64,000 nt of DNA from Chrysomallon squamiferum (GCA_012295275.1 CM022672.1:18662001-18726000); one strand, 5' to 3'. Shown: positions 1 through 13,312, numbered from the stretch's first letter. Notes: generated by a model from the sequence alone, not told the origin. Program-made: numbers and translations.

Positions 1-80
1 ATATTTTGATGTATATGTAACACTCATCTCATTCTGTGAAATATTTAATTGTTTGTATATAATGTTTAATTATATATATA

Positions 81-718
81 GGGTCATTCCGTGTCAAATC
101 ACCCAAAAAAAAAAGAAATTTAAACCCGATCGTCTCAGATTTTTATAAAACTTGGTATACTTGTTGACTGGGATCCCACAGCACCAAATCTGAAATGTTA
201 GCCCAATCAGACCAGTGGTGTGGGAGATATGGCCCACCGAATTTTGAGATTTTTGCCAAAAATGGGTGTGACCACCAACCTTAGAACCCTTATATCTCAG
301 GAACTACTGGGCCAATATTCATAAAATTGGTATTGTTAGAAAGGCAAAATGACAAGGATTCCAAAGTTGGATTCCAAAGGATTTCTAGTTTGGAAAATAC
401 TGGAGTACCTTGACCTTTTGACCTTTGCTATGACCTTGAAATTGACCGTGTGGATCACGTGATCTTGAGATGACCTTTATTGAAATTTAATCTCCCACAT
501 GTTAACTAAAACATATAAAAGTTTCCTGGGTGTAATATTTTTTGTTTAGCCACAATATAGATTTAAAAAATGCACATACATGAAAATAACACCTTTTCAG
601 CCATTAACATCTGATTAACTAAAATCTGAATGATCAATTCTGGATGCTAGGAATCACCATCTCTCTTGATCATCGAGTAAGACATTGTAGGCCTACATGT
701 ATGCATAAAGTTCACATA
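81..718 (+). repeat. Left terminal inverted repeat (~640 bp)
   Basis: Reverse complement of 2214-2837, apart from local differences near 105-120 and 356-385. Confidence 0.95.
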
Positions 719-1639
719 TAAAAGTTTCCTGGGTATAATATTTTTTGTTTAGCCATAATAGAGATTTTAAAAAATGCATACCTGCATGGATGATTGATAC
801 AATGCATTACAATGTACATTTTCTCTGAGACTAAAAACTCATCTTTGGAGTTAAAACCCATCTGACATGTCTGAAGGAATGCCTGAAGGATATGAAATGA
901 TGCCAAATGGCATGACATGTTCTACACATGAAGTGATGCTTCAGGCAGGTCAGGAACGCCTTTAGATTCCCTGGTGCAATCCCCATTGAGCACATGGCAA
1001 TTAGAAATTTAAGACAAAGAAGTTTCTTCATCTGCATTTCTTTGACAATCTGAAGCTTTTTAAGTTGGACACAATGTCAGATGTTGATATATAAACAATA
1101 TTTTTATTTCATAAAACCTATTAAGTAATTTTATCATGTCATGTGGGCCTTGCCATTGGTTTTGAACAAGGTTTCAGTCAACAACAGTACAACCCAGTCT
1201 GAAATCGGACATCATCAAGTGATGTACTGCATAATGTATTTGTACACCCAGTCTTCGGCACAGAGTATGAACAAGGTCTACTTCACCTTAATAAACTGTG
1301 ATTTATACTTGAGAAGATTGATATAAATGCCCAAGACTTGTGGGCCTTTGGCAATAACACATGTACTCTGCTGCCATTTTGTGACCTGCTTAACTTTACT
1401 GAAAGGGTTTCAGGATTTGATTTAATATTTAGGAAAGCACTGACTTTGTTCTATTGAATTGAAGGTGCAGGCCAATACTGAAAATCCTTATTTCTTCCAG
1501 GGCTAACTGCAGCTTTAACTCTCCTGAAAATGTGTGTTATCAACACGCAGGAGTTGTTGCGAAGTGTATGGAAAACTGAGGAAGTCGAACTCCTCACTCT
1601 TTGAAGTGGGATTGAAACATGGGACATCAAGAGTATCAT

Positions 1640-2232
1640 GAACAAGAACTTTTCATCAAATTTTCAACATTGCAGAAAAACTATTGTGATCGTCTTAATC
1701 GCCACCCTGAGCAGAGCACGCACTAGATCTTTAAGAAATGTTAGCATGGGCACTTACAAATGCTTAGTAAATCCTCCAAAGACACTAGTGCCAGGAGACA
1801 AGTTGTGCTGTGACTGTCTGATTACCTTTCAGAAATCAAAGGTCCTGCAGAAGATGGCTTTAGTATGGGAGAATTTGGTGATAACTTGCCAGACAAACCG
1901 CTGGTTGTTGTTTTCCCAGAAAAGGACTTTGATTTGAATTCTATTCTGTCGAGTTTAGGCGAAACTCCTGTCAAACACCATTCTCTAGCACATTCCAGTA
2001 AATGAATGAAAGGACAGAAAAAAACTAGCATCAGCTACAGTAACATTAAAATGACATCTTAATGTCTGAATCCTACCCAGAGCGAGGAAATAATCCAATT
2101 TTATGAAAGTGATGAGAACAGTAGAATGTGTCTGGGAATGAAGGATACAGTGAGCATTTGAAACAAACATAGTGAGAAGGTTAAGCATCAGAAACACCTA
2201 GTTCTCTCAAATTTATGTGAACTTTATGCATA
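1640..2232 (+). pseudogene. Degenerate N-terminal part of a Sola2-type transposase
   Basis: Frameshifted, stop-interrupted peptides: ...QKNYCDRLNRH...RSLRNVS...LVPGDKLCCDC (Cys/His zinc-finger-like), LNSILSSLGETPVK, and FYESDENSRMCLGMKDTVSI*NKHSEKVKHQKHLVLSNLCELYA. The last matches the FY..DE.SR..PG.KD...QKRL.L.NL.ELY motif I associate with this transposase family. The catalytic region is absent. Confidence 0.7.
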
Positions 2233-2837
2233 CATGTAGGCCTACAATGTCTTACTCGATGATCAAGAGAGATGGTGATTCCTAGCATCCAGAATTGATC
2301 ATTCAGATTTTAGTTAATCAGATGTTAATGGCTGAAAAGGTGTTATTTTCATGTATGTGCATTTTTTAAATCTATATTGTGGCTAAACAAAAAATATTAC
2401 ACCCAGGAAACTTTTATATGTTTTAGTTAACATGTGGGAGATTAAATTTCAATAAAGGTCATCTCAAGATCACGTGATCCACACGGTCAATTTCAAGGTC
2501 ATAGCAAAGGTCAAAAGGTCAAGGTACTCCAGTATTTTCCAAACTAAACAAAAATGGCAGATTTGGTATCCTTGTCATTTTGCCTTTCTAACAATACCAA
2601 TTTTATGAAGATTGGCCCAGTAGTTCCTGAGATATAAGGGTTCTAAGGTTGGTGGTCACACCCATTTTTGGCAAAAATCTCAAAATTCGGTGGGCCGTAT
2701 CTCCCACACCACTGGTCTGATTGAGCTAAAATTTCAGATTTGGTGCTGTGGGATCCCAGTCAACAAGTATACCAAGTTTCATAAAAATCTGAGACGGTCG
2801 GGTTTAAACCATTGGGTGATTTGACACGGAATGACCC
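2214..2837 (-). repeat. Right terminal inverted repeat (~620 bp)
   Basis: Reverse complement of 81-718. Confidence 0.95.
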
Positions 2838-3293
2838 TATACCTTAACCTTTTTAGTTTTTTTGCTAATATTTTATTATATTTATAATATTGATTTTGTA
2901 ACAATTTACAGTTTCTGTATAAAATATAATTGCATAACATCTGAGTATTTAAATTTTTTAACTATTTAATATTTAGTGAAGTAGAATTAATCTTTTTTCT
3001 TGGTATGTTTATCTGTTTTTATGTAACATAGCTAAACATATCATATTATATCATATATTGATTTTATACTGTTGTAGTCTTGAGCAGTGCTATTATCTTT
3101 TGATAATAACAACAACATCAATAACAACAACAACATTTTTAAGATCTTTTTAAACCAGAAGAAACTTTTAGCTAACTTGATTTTGAGTCAGTGATTATGA
3201 AAATATTTCTTTCCATCATTTTTTTTTACTTGCAGCTTTCAGCCACAGCATGAAATGTTTCTTATTATTATTTTTTTAAATTAAATTTTGCAG

Positions 3294-3526
3294 GCCATGA
3301 TATATTCCAGTCAGGCAGTGAAGTTGGCTCCATCAAAAAACAACTCAAAGACATGGACCCTGAGAGTCAGATGCTTCATCGCCAGGGTTGCTTCAACCTC
3401 TTGGTATACATACCTATCTTCTGTGCTGTGACTCAGCTCTTAGTTTGGATGCAGTTTAGTCTACATGGATATCGACTGAAACAGATCAAGTTTAAACGAG
3501 AAGGACAGTTATTTGCTCATGTGTGA
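3294..3526 (+). CDS. MFSD13A: Last coding exon of MFS-domain membrane protein MFSD13A/TMEM180; earlier exons lie left of the window
   Basis: Acceptor ttttgcag at 3286-3293. Translation (G)HDIFQSGSEVGSIKKQLKDMDPESQMLHRQGCFNLLVYIPIFCAVTQLLVWMQFSLHGYRLKQIKFKREGQLFAHV* matches the TMEM180 C-terminus pattern GHDLFQ...[33 protein letters not shown]. It has no ATG, so it is missing from the ORF track. Confidence 0.9.
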
Positions 3527-6500
3527 TCCTGTTTTAGGAAATGCTTTATAGGTGAAAATACATTTTTTTTAAAGAAGATGGTACCTGTACAAATATACCG
3601 TTTTTATTTATAAATGCTTTGGTGCAAAATAAGATTATTTTTAGATTTGACTTTTACTGAAATATTATGTTGTTAGGATATATATATATATATATACTGA
3701 TTATGTTTTTATTTATTTTAAGACGTCCAACTTGTTAATTATTTTGTTAATGATTTGAGTGCATTAATGTTAATGTGTCGATGGAATTTAGAAATAACTG
3801 AATTCAAACAAACACCCAAAACCAACAGGATGTTTGTCTATCTTGTTTTTCCATCTTCTCAGAAAATGTTTATGATCTGATTCTAATGGGTCTCTAGCTT
3901 TATATAACATACACTGTAGATCAAACTTATTTTAATACTCTTCATGTACAGTGTTACATAATAAATATATGAAAGAAAACCCACTCTCATTAGTCAAGGG
4001 TACTGGCTGGAATGGAGAAAAACTGGTGTCATGTGGCTTGTATATTTTATCATTCATTAACTAAAATACACATTTATGTGTTTTGGGGTGGGGTTTTTTT
4101 GATGCTGAAATGTGATAAAAATCAAAATACCAAATAATGCATATCCTTCTATTTTCACACTGTATAACATGCTTAGAATAAATGTATGAATGTTAATTTT
4201 GAGATGACTGATGATGAAATTATGTTGTTGATGATGATGATAATAATAATAATAATAACTAGCAATAACAATAATAATAACATACTACTAATAATAATAA
4301 TAACAACAATAGCAATAACAATAATAATAACATACTACTACTAATAATAATAACAATAGCAATAACAATATTAATAATAATAGTAATAGCAGTAACAACA
4401 ACAACAACAATAATAATAATAATAAAATTAATAATACAATAATAACAGTAATACTATAGTATAAAAAACAAAAAACAAAAAATTAAGAGCACTACATACT
4501 GATAAGCATGAATTAGACTTCTGGCACTAATGGATGTATTAACATCTGATATTCATTATTATTTGTGATGGGTGTGTGTGTGGGTGTCTGATTATATCAT
4601 TCCAGTCCTCAGCTCTTCAGATAACTGAAGTATACAAAAAGTATATATCTAAAGCTTTCATATACTAAAATACATATTGCATTAATATTTTTATTAAAAT
4701 AATATTTTATTTTCTAATGTTTTATGGCTGGCAGTAAACATAAATATTTTAATTTGGTGATGGGAAGCAATTAATGTTGTCTTGTATTTTTAAAAAATTA
4801 AGGTAAAGGTTTGGGGATTTTATTTGTTTTGTTTTTTTCTTATTGATCATGTATGTCATTGAAATCGGGAAGCAGTAAGAAATATAAAAGAAAAATGAAA
4901 AAAAGAAGGAAAGTAAAATTTATATTTCCACAGAGTTGAAAAACCATGTTACCATTATAATCTTTGTGGTAAAATGTTATAACTTAAATATTTTCTAAAT
5001 GCTACAATTTTTAGCAGTTTTTAGATATTTGATTATGTATTTGATTAATTAAGTTAATGTAGTGTGTTAAGCAATATAATATATAAATAAGGACTTTTTT
5101 TAAATATTTTTTTACTGAGCTAATGTTAATTATGCTAGGTCTTTGTAACCAAAGATGCAACAAAACATTTACATTAACATAAACTGAATTTAATGTAACT
5201 ACAGGTGACTGAAGCCAACATTATGTAGACAGAAATTAATTATAACACATCTTCAGGAAAGTGTGATCTGTCGCTGATAATTTTTATGAGAATGAACATT
5301 TGTTTGTATTATTTTACTGATAAAATGCATTGTCTTGATTTTTAGAGCACTTTTAAAAAAATAAAATGTTGTATCACCACACACAACTACTGATACAAGT
5401 TAATATAACAAAATATAACAAAACTAAATTAATGTTTTAAAAGCAATTTCTCCTAACGATCTCTAATGTAAATCTTAAATCAGTTCTAATTATTTTGTCT
5501 TTCCAGTAGTAAATATTTACTAAATAAATACAAAGATGTTAATTGTAACAAAAAAAAAAAAGAACACAGAAATAAATGACAAAAAAACAACAATAAAATA
5601 ATAATAATAAAAAAAATACTCTGTGATCTCTTACTGATAATATTATGAGATCAAACCTTTGTTAGCATTATTTCTTTGTTAAGGATGGAGTAACTTGGAT
5701 TAAGTATATCTGTTATTCTTTTTCTTTCTTTCTTTCTTTTTTTTGCTTTTAATTATTGTTTTAGCTAATTTATTTCATAACAGGAATGAAAGGCTAATGT
5801 TTTTTGTATCATGTATACTTAACTTTTTAATTTTAAATCATCATTGTTTGAGAGAATATTCAGAGTGATTACATAGTTAGCCATGTTCTGTATAGTTGTA
5901 CTTCTCATCATTATTTTAAGAAATTTTTAATTCTTTTTTATTTTCATTCAGTTATATTATATAATATGGTAGAATATAACAAATACTGTATTTGCTAGTA
6001 GTCTTTAGATCTGTTATTGATACAAGATAAAAATAATGTTTTTATTTCTGTTTTATCAAGGCCCATTCTTTCATATTAATTGCTGAAAATTCCAAAATGC
6101 TGTCTTTGATAGCAGGTTTATTTCTTTTTTTTTTTTCTTTTTTTTTTTTAAATTTTTAATTTTAATTGTTGCAAGGTAGATAAATTTTGTATTTTAAAAT
6201 ACTGTTACATTGGGATGGTGAGGAAGAATCATGAGATTCATGTTCATTCTGTTACTCATTGAATCTGTCGTGGTCTCTGATATACATTCTGATTAACAGA
6301 AGCAAGGTATCCATTCTGTATATAGCAATTCCAGCTGGCTCAAAACTGAAATCACCCATGTTCAGAAAGAAATAGATTTTAGAATGGTTAAAAAGGAATT
6401 GTTGGTGTCATTTAGGTCAAAACTAAAAATTGGCTGGGACAATAACTGGGTTTAGGATAAAGAGAAAAACTTGTTGTTACCACACAGGTCAAAACTCAGA

Positions 6501-7283
6501 CGTTCTCAGGCTGGGGTGAAACAGGTGGACAGAGAGAATTTTCAGCAACTTAAGTCAGAACTGAAATTTTATTCCTGACTGGTTTGAGCCAAGAATTAGG
6601 TTCGTTAACTACAGCCCTCTGTTGTCAGCAGAATAAAACTGAAATTCTAGTCCTAACTGGGTTTATCTGGAGATCAGTGTTGTGACATTACAGGACTGAT
6701 GTTTAGCTGGCTAAGCTGCACGTTTTCATTGAATTGAAGTCATTGTAGAATAGACCTTATTTAGTGCATCATTATCTGATTTACTTAATGAATTAACTTG
6801 GACAGCATGCTGTCTCTGAATACAGAAATTAACTCACAGCTGTCTTAATATTCAGTGAAAAACATTTGAGCTAACTGAGAACTACACAAAGTGCCTCTTG
6901 TATTCTTTCATCTCTAGTTTGTATACCATCTAGTCTGAATTTCACATACATCAATGTCAGTTTTGATTGTAAAAGAAATGTGCAAGTATTAATAATAAAC
7001 TGGCTATTGGATGTTAAGTAAATGACAGAGTAAAGCGTTAGTCTTTGTGTTCTCGTAAAATGAGTGAATAATGGCTTGTTAAAAAATGTTATGAAACGGT
7101 AAGAATTATGTGGTACAAACGGTAAGTTCTTTTGTGCAATGTTTGAAATGTATATTACAAGTTACTTCAATTTTACAACTGTTTTCATAAAAATATATAA
7201 AACATTATTTTGCATTTTGTCTTATGTGTAAATTGATGACTTTTATTGTGTATAAAGTGTGATAGATTATGTAATGATTGCAA

Positions 7284-7375
<92 letters not shown>

Positions 7376-9030
7376 TCAATATGTATTATGTATGCGTGTG
7401 CGCATATGATTTTTATAAGCTCAAATTCGAAAGAACTGTCGACTTTTGGCCCCTAAATGACGTTAGTATTTCGTACATACGAAAAGATACGAACATGGTA
7501 AAATGTACATGGAAATATAGGTTTTGCTACTTCAGCTTTATAATGCATTCTAATTTATAAACCCTATTACGCTAAACCAATAAAAAAAAAAGAAAAAAGG
7601 AAAATAAAACAATTTATTTTTTACCGCAGGCATTGATGGTTTTACTGTCTTCAGATTTATCCATGGATGGAGGGGGAAAATTACTATCCTCTATTGAGAA
7701 TTAATCTTTTGAACTAGTGACACATTTTTTCAAACATTATGAGCATTGAATGTCATGCTTGTGTCTAACTGACGTCCAGAAACAAACACCAGCATGAAGA
7801 GAAACCGATTAACAGCACGCAGATCTTGAATGTTCTCTATACAAACAGTTATGTGATTCAAGTATATGTCTAAATATAGGGATACGCCTGAACACACCAT
7901 CTAACAAGACAAGAAAAGACGACAAGAGTCATTTCTTTCTTTCATTTTATGTACATTTTAAAGGGTAGGCAATTAATTAGAAGAGTTACTTGCCGCAGTG
8001 CTTTTAAAGTGTATGATCTAAGATGGTTCTGTAATCCACACTGTAGCACAGAACTACCATGACTGGCAAATAACATTATTTATTTATTTATTTATTTAAA
8101 TCATTTAAATTGTTTAATTTGATTTTTTTGGAAACGTACTTATGCTCTGACGATCGATACTGTACTTTCTATACTCTGTTGTATTTTATAACATTAACTT
8201 TAGTCTCTATATATGTATGTATGTATGTATATTATATAAAAGAGAGAGAGATGGATAGATTAAAACAAGATAGATTATAGACATAGAAAGGTAACTAGAC
8301 AGACACACAGAGATAGCGAGATGTACACTTAATTCACCGCTCAGGGGTAAAAAAATGAATCCAGTTTTGGCGTGATTATTTGAGATAAACGTAAGACGCA
8401 GTCATTAAAAAGATGGTGAGGGACTTATATTTAATCATTGCTCAAACATGCCCGCAAGCATGCAGACGCATATGTAAACTAAAACGTTCAGATCTTTTAA
8501 ACACATTAACATTAACAGAGAACAAACGACACGCAATTTATTTGTACATCAGATTGAGATAGAGAAATGCAAACACACAAACACGCCCACTCGCATATGT
8601 TTGTAAATGCATCACATATAGAAGACACAATATTATTCATGCATATATATATATACACACGCACGTATTCATGTATACATACTTCTTATGCCATCCATTC
8701 AGATTAAGATTTCACGAAACGCGTCAGTACGAAAATAGCATAAATTATTATTATTTTCTTCTTTTCCTTTTTTACTGGTATGTTTTCAACGGAAAATCAT
8801 TTTAAAAATTAATAAACGAATAAAGCAAAAACAGGTCAACTATAACTATTAGGTTCAAATCTAAGATTTAAACAGATCTTCATAGCAATGTAGCTTGTTA
8901 GTATTTTCACCAGAATTTCCAGAACTATGAAAGTAGTTGATTATATAATTATTAAAAACAAAAATCTGCTCGAGTACTTTTGTCAGTACAATACGCTCAG
9001 TTTTTTGTTCTTTTATAGCCAAACCTGATT

Positions 9031-9111
<81 letters not shown>

Positions 9112-9261
9112 AAGTTTTCAGATTGCGTGTGACTGTGTGTGTGACTGTGTGTGTGACTGTGGGTGCATTTGTTTATCTGTACCTGTTTGTGTATTCAATG
9201 TATCTGTGTTAATTTATGTATATATGTTTGTGTACTGGTCTTTCAGGTTTTTATGTCGGTC

Positions 9262-9292
<31 letters not shown>

Positions 9293-9737
9293 GAATGTAT
9301 GTGTACGTGTCTATTTATATAAGTATGCATGTATGTATGAATGTGTATATGTGCGTGCTGTGTATTTATGTATCTATTTATCTGTATAATGTATTTATAT
9401 AGACAGATAGATAAATGTGTTTGCACATATAGACAGACCAATAGATAAATATATTCATTCATACACAGAGAGTCATGATTGTAACCATACATATAATTTA
9501 ATCTGTCTCGATAACATAGAAACACACACATACTTACACAACAAACACCCATCCATCCACATAGACACACTACACACACACATACATATATAAATACACA
9601 CACATACACACACATATACATATTTTGTGTCTATCGAGAAAGATAGATAACATATACAGACACACATAAACACACACACAAGCATGCATGTAACGGTATA
9701 TATGTATCTAATACGGTCTGTATGTTATATTACATAG

Positions 9738-9774
<37 letters not shown>

Positions 9775-10532
9775 AATACACTTTATATACATACATACGT
9801 ACATACATACATACATACATATATATATATATGTTAGAAGTGTTAGCTTTCGTGGAACCACTGTGTTATACCTTCTGTTTCCTTCATCTTTCCACATTTC
9901 GAGGCACTCATGCAGATAAGTATATTTTCTCCGCTATCTTTAGTCTGTGCGGACACATTTTATTTATTTTTTTTTTTTTTTCTCTGACTGATTTTGATTC
10001 AGTTTCTGTTTCAGTAACTATTGGTTTGAAAAAGTTTTCAAAAGTTCCGTTCTTCAAAGTTCTTGTAATACTATACTGATTTCTGAAATAAATTCCAAAG
10101 TCAATAATCCAGAGTTACTATTTAACACTGTTGAAATGTGGTTTCTAACATTGTCTGCAGCTGTTGATGATAGTCGTCTTTACAGTCCGGCGTATCGAAC
10201 TCAAACGAGTTTTGTTACCGTTGCTAAGATACTTATTTCGATCACATGACGTCACACAATGGATTAGAATTACTTCCGTCGCTCTTTTTGAATTACGTCA
10301 TTATATTGTATACATGTGTAATGTTACGTATTTAATTATTATTATTTAGTAATTGATTCGCATAATTTCGTTCGGAAATTTATAATGCAAATGAAATGAT
10401 ATATGCTACCAATGTTTCAGAACCTTTCGTGTACAAATTATTTTTTTTATTTTTATTTTTTTATTTATTTATAATTATAATAAAAATAATAATTATTATT
10501 ATTATTATTGTTGTTGTTGTTGTTGTTGTTGT

Positions 10533-10566
<34 letters not shown>

Positions 10567-11029
10567 TTCTATTAATATCGACGATGGTAATAAATAAATA
10601 AATAATAATCATCATCATAATATCATTATGATGATGATGAATGATGGCGAAGAAAATGAAAAACAAACATGTACTATCCTATTCCGTTATATAATTAATC
10701 GCAAATCTTTTAAAACGCTAGTAACGTTTTAATTTTGATACTGTAATGAGAAACATGTATGTAACAAAACTTACATTGTCCAGGATATCTGCATTCATCT
10801 TCGCTCATTTCGACGATGGAAAAACGACGCCGTGAAACGAACTAAATTCTTACTAACTCTGAAATTAGCCGATTAAATTTCGACAACAGAGATTATTAAG
10901 AGGCTACATCTCATACATAACGTACCAAAACAACAGTATCTTCTGCATCAAACACGATTACACACAGTCTGTTAATGCAGCTTGGTAGTTAAAAGAAAAA
11001 CACTCTTTCAGTATGCTTTACCTCTGCGT

Positions 11030-11318
11030 TTCATTCACAGAGCTAACACAGTCGGTTACTCGGTTCTCCCGTGGCTCTGGTGGTGCGCCAGTTCTTCTCA
11101 GGCTGTGTTCCACAAACTGGCATCTGAGCCGACACAGTGCTAAGAAAACGGAGGATTACTATCAAACAGCCCTCTTTCTCATCACTCGACCGAGAGAGAG
11201 CAAAATTATTTTTGACCTATTTCTTGATTGTCGGGACTATTTAAGAAGAATTAATTCGCCCAATAATGTCGGAAAGCTACCACCATTGCTGGAACTTGGT
11301 TCAGTTCGTCAGGTTTAG
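11030..11318 (+). other. Probable non-coding first exon of the 12256-12993 gene (start approximate)
   Basis: Higher-GC, CpG-containing stretch ending in a strong donor TAG|GTAAGA at 11319, with a candidate acceptor ttgtttacag at 11684. Confidence 0.45.
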
Positions 11319-12255
11319 GTAAGATCTAAATAGTTTATTATCGTTATTGTTCTGAAGAATTTAGTTTTTTTCCTAAATTAACTCAGTTTCTATTGGTTTT
11401 CTGTAAAGAAATGCTTTCTCAACTAAAACACCTAATTCACCTTAAATTCAGAAACAGAATGTTTACTTTCTTCCAAAGTTTCAATTGTTCTTTTCCTATT
11501 GTTTTGTGGTATTTATTTAATGTCTGGTTATCAGTTTATATATTTTTATCGTTTATGGTAATGGTCTGATTGCTGAAAATGTATATAAATACACCATAAG
11601 ATCTGCAACAAAAGGAAAGTTTTCTCACAGTTTATTCTTTATTATTGATGACATGCCAAAATATTTTCGCCATCTTGTTTACAGGCTTTCAACAACTATC
11701 TGAAAGCAGCGTCTGATTTTGTACAGCAGGTTGCTCGTGGAACGGGGTCGAGAGAAAAACCGATGCGAAGACACAGAACGGGTGTATCCGAGACGGCCGT
11801 AATTGAAACCAATTGTCATTATCGAGGTGCAGTGTTCCTGCAGTGGAGGCTGTGACCCCAAACACGTCTGCTTATCCCGGAACAGACGAACTATTGAAAG
11901 CGCGAGAACAAAAGCATGGCTGCGAGCAGACGTCATTCGCAGGAATTATATTTAGGGATAAAGGCGTCGATTATTTTGTGGATGTATGGAGTGTCAGATA
12001 ATACAAGATTCTGATAAGGCGCACAGGAACTAATTCAGTTAAGAAGATCTGGCTGTGCAAATGTTTTTTTAATATTTTTTTTAAATTTTTTTTTCTTCTT
12101 CCTCTTGTTTTATAGAACTTGTAAAGTTCTAAAAACAGTTCTGTTTTCCACGTATTATTATTACGTTCTGGAGATAATACGTTTCATCCTAATGTCTTCC
12201 TTGTGTTCTGGGTGTGGACGTTTATTCTTCCGTCTGGACATCTGTGGAGGCTAGA

Positions 12256-12993
12256 ATGCAAAGGAGCCCCACAAAAAGTAATTCTATGGCTGGAGCTGTC
12301 AGTATTCTGAAACCACCCAAGAAGCCGTGCTGGACTGATTTTGTGGACCAACATCAGAAAAGTCAACAGGTGAAAGAACAACAGACTGCCGAGCCCGTTG
12401 AAAATACTCGAACTCACGGCGGTAAGTCGGGTATCCATGACAATACTGAAGGAAAGAGTGGCATTCCCCACTCAGGAGGATCCGCTAAACTCATCAAACA
12501 GGTGAAACGTGTCAGGGCAAAAATTCACAGAACACGAAGTGAACATACAATTTCTGATCTTCCCGAAGGAATGTTGACCGTCAGTCTGGCGCAGACCAAA
12601 CCGAAAGAATTTGGTTTGCGAAATCGGACGTCCGGATGCGACGATCGGGTATATCTGGAGGAAAACACCCGAAGGTGTCAGAACTGGTTAGCAAGCATAT
12701 CAGCTTGTGAGCCTCTGGATGAAATCGGATACACTCAGGGTAAGGGAGAAGGGGTGGACTTGGAAATACCAGAGGAGACGGTCTGGGATGAGAAAGGGGA
12801 GAGGTGTGCACCCTCTAACACAAGTGGGTCCAGTTCGGACGGAGATATTGACACGACAGGTGATGATTTTACAACACCTGTTGATTCACAGTGTGAAAGT
12901 GTTTTACAAACGTCTAAACAAAATGTACATATGGAGCACACTTTTATCAGGAAAAAACTTGTTTCAATTCAGGTGGATAATGGTATAGAATGA
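12256..12993 (+). CDS. Uncharacterised ~245-aa hydrophilic protein, single coding exon; weak PRR18-like motif
   Basis: Non-repetitive 780-bp stop-free frame in AT-rich DNA with the first in-frame ATG at 12256. The segment MLTVSL...RVYLEENTRRCQNWLASI loosely resembles the PRR18 C-terminal motif (LLKVSL...LVRKCTEWLRGV); this resemblance is tentative. Confidence 0.75.
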   Translation: MQRSPTKSNSMAGAVSILKPPKKPCWTDFVDQHQKSQQVKEQQTAEPVENTRTHGGKSGIHDNTEGKSGIPHSGGSAKLIKQVKRVRAKIHRTRSEHTISDLPEGMLTVSLAQTKPKEFGLRNRTSGCDDRVYLEENTRRCQNWLASISACEPLDEIGYTQGKGEGVDLEIPEETVWDEKGERCAPSNTSGSSSDGDIDTTGDDFTTPVDSQCESVLQTSKQNVHMEHTFIRKKLVSIQVDNGIE

Positions 12994-13312
12994 TGACATA
13001 AGAAACGTGCTATTTTTTAATACCGAAGGTGTATATATTTTCTTTCATGAATATATTTGTTAACGTCTGTGATTCCAAAGAAGATATATTATGTACATGT
13101 GGATTGTTTTCATTCATTTGACTTATTATTTTATTCCGTTGTAAACATATCCGGATTTATATAGGTGCATGGGTGTCGATGTCATCCTAATTATATACAG
13201 TTCATGTCTGTTTATTTATCTACTTAAATGCAATACATATATGTAAGCTGATGCTTATATACATTCATCCAAAAATTTATCCATACAAACATTAGTATCG
13301 TATAGACATATA

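Larger units (their letters stand above)
81..2837 (+). mobile_element. Non-autonomous (deleted) DNA transposon with very long TIRs, Sola2-like
   Basis: Starts GGGTCATTCCGTGTCAAATCACCCA at 81 and ends TGGGTGATTTGACACGGAATGACCC at 2837, flanked by TATA on both sides. 81-718 is a near-perfect reverse complement of 2214-2837. GGG termini, an AT-rich 4-bp TSD, long TIRs and the internal transposase relic fit Sola2 as I recall it. Confidence 0.85.

Noticed and set aside
831-1330. Second gene (PHD-like) on the minus strand inside the Sola2-like element
   Set aside because: Only a FMCRTC fragment is suggestive, and the frames are broken.
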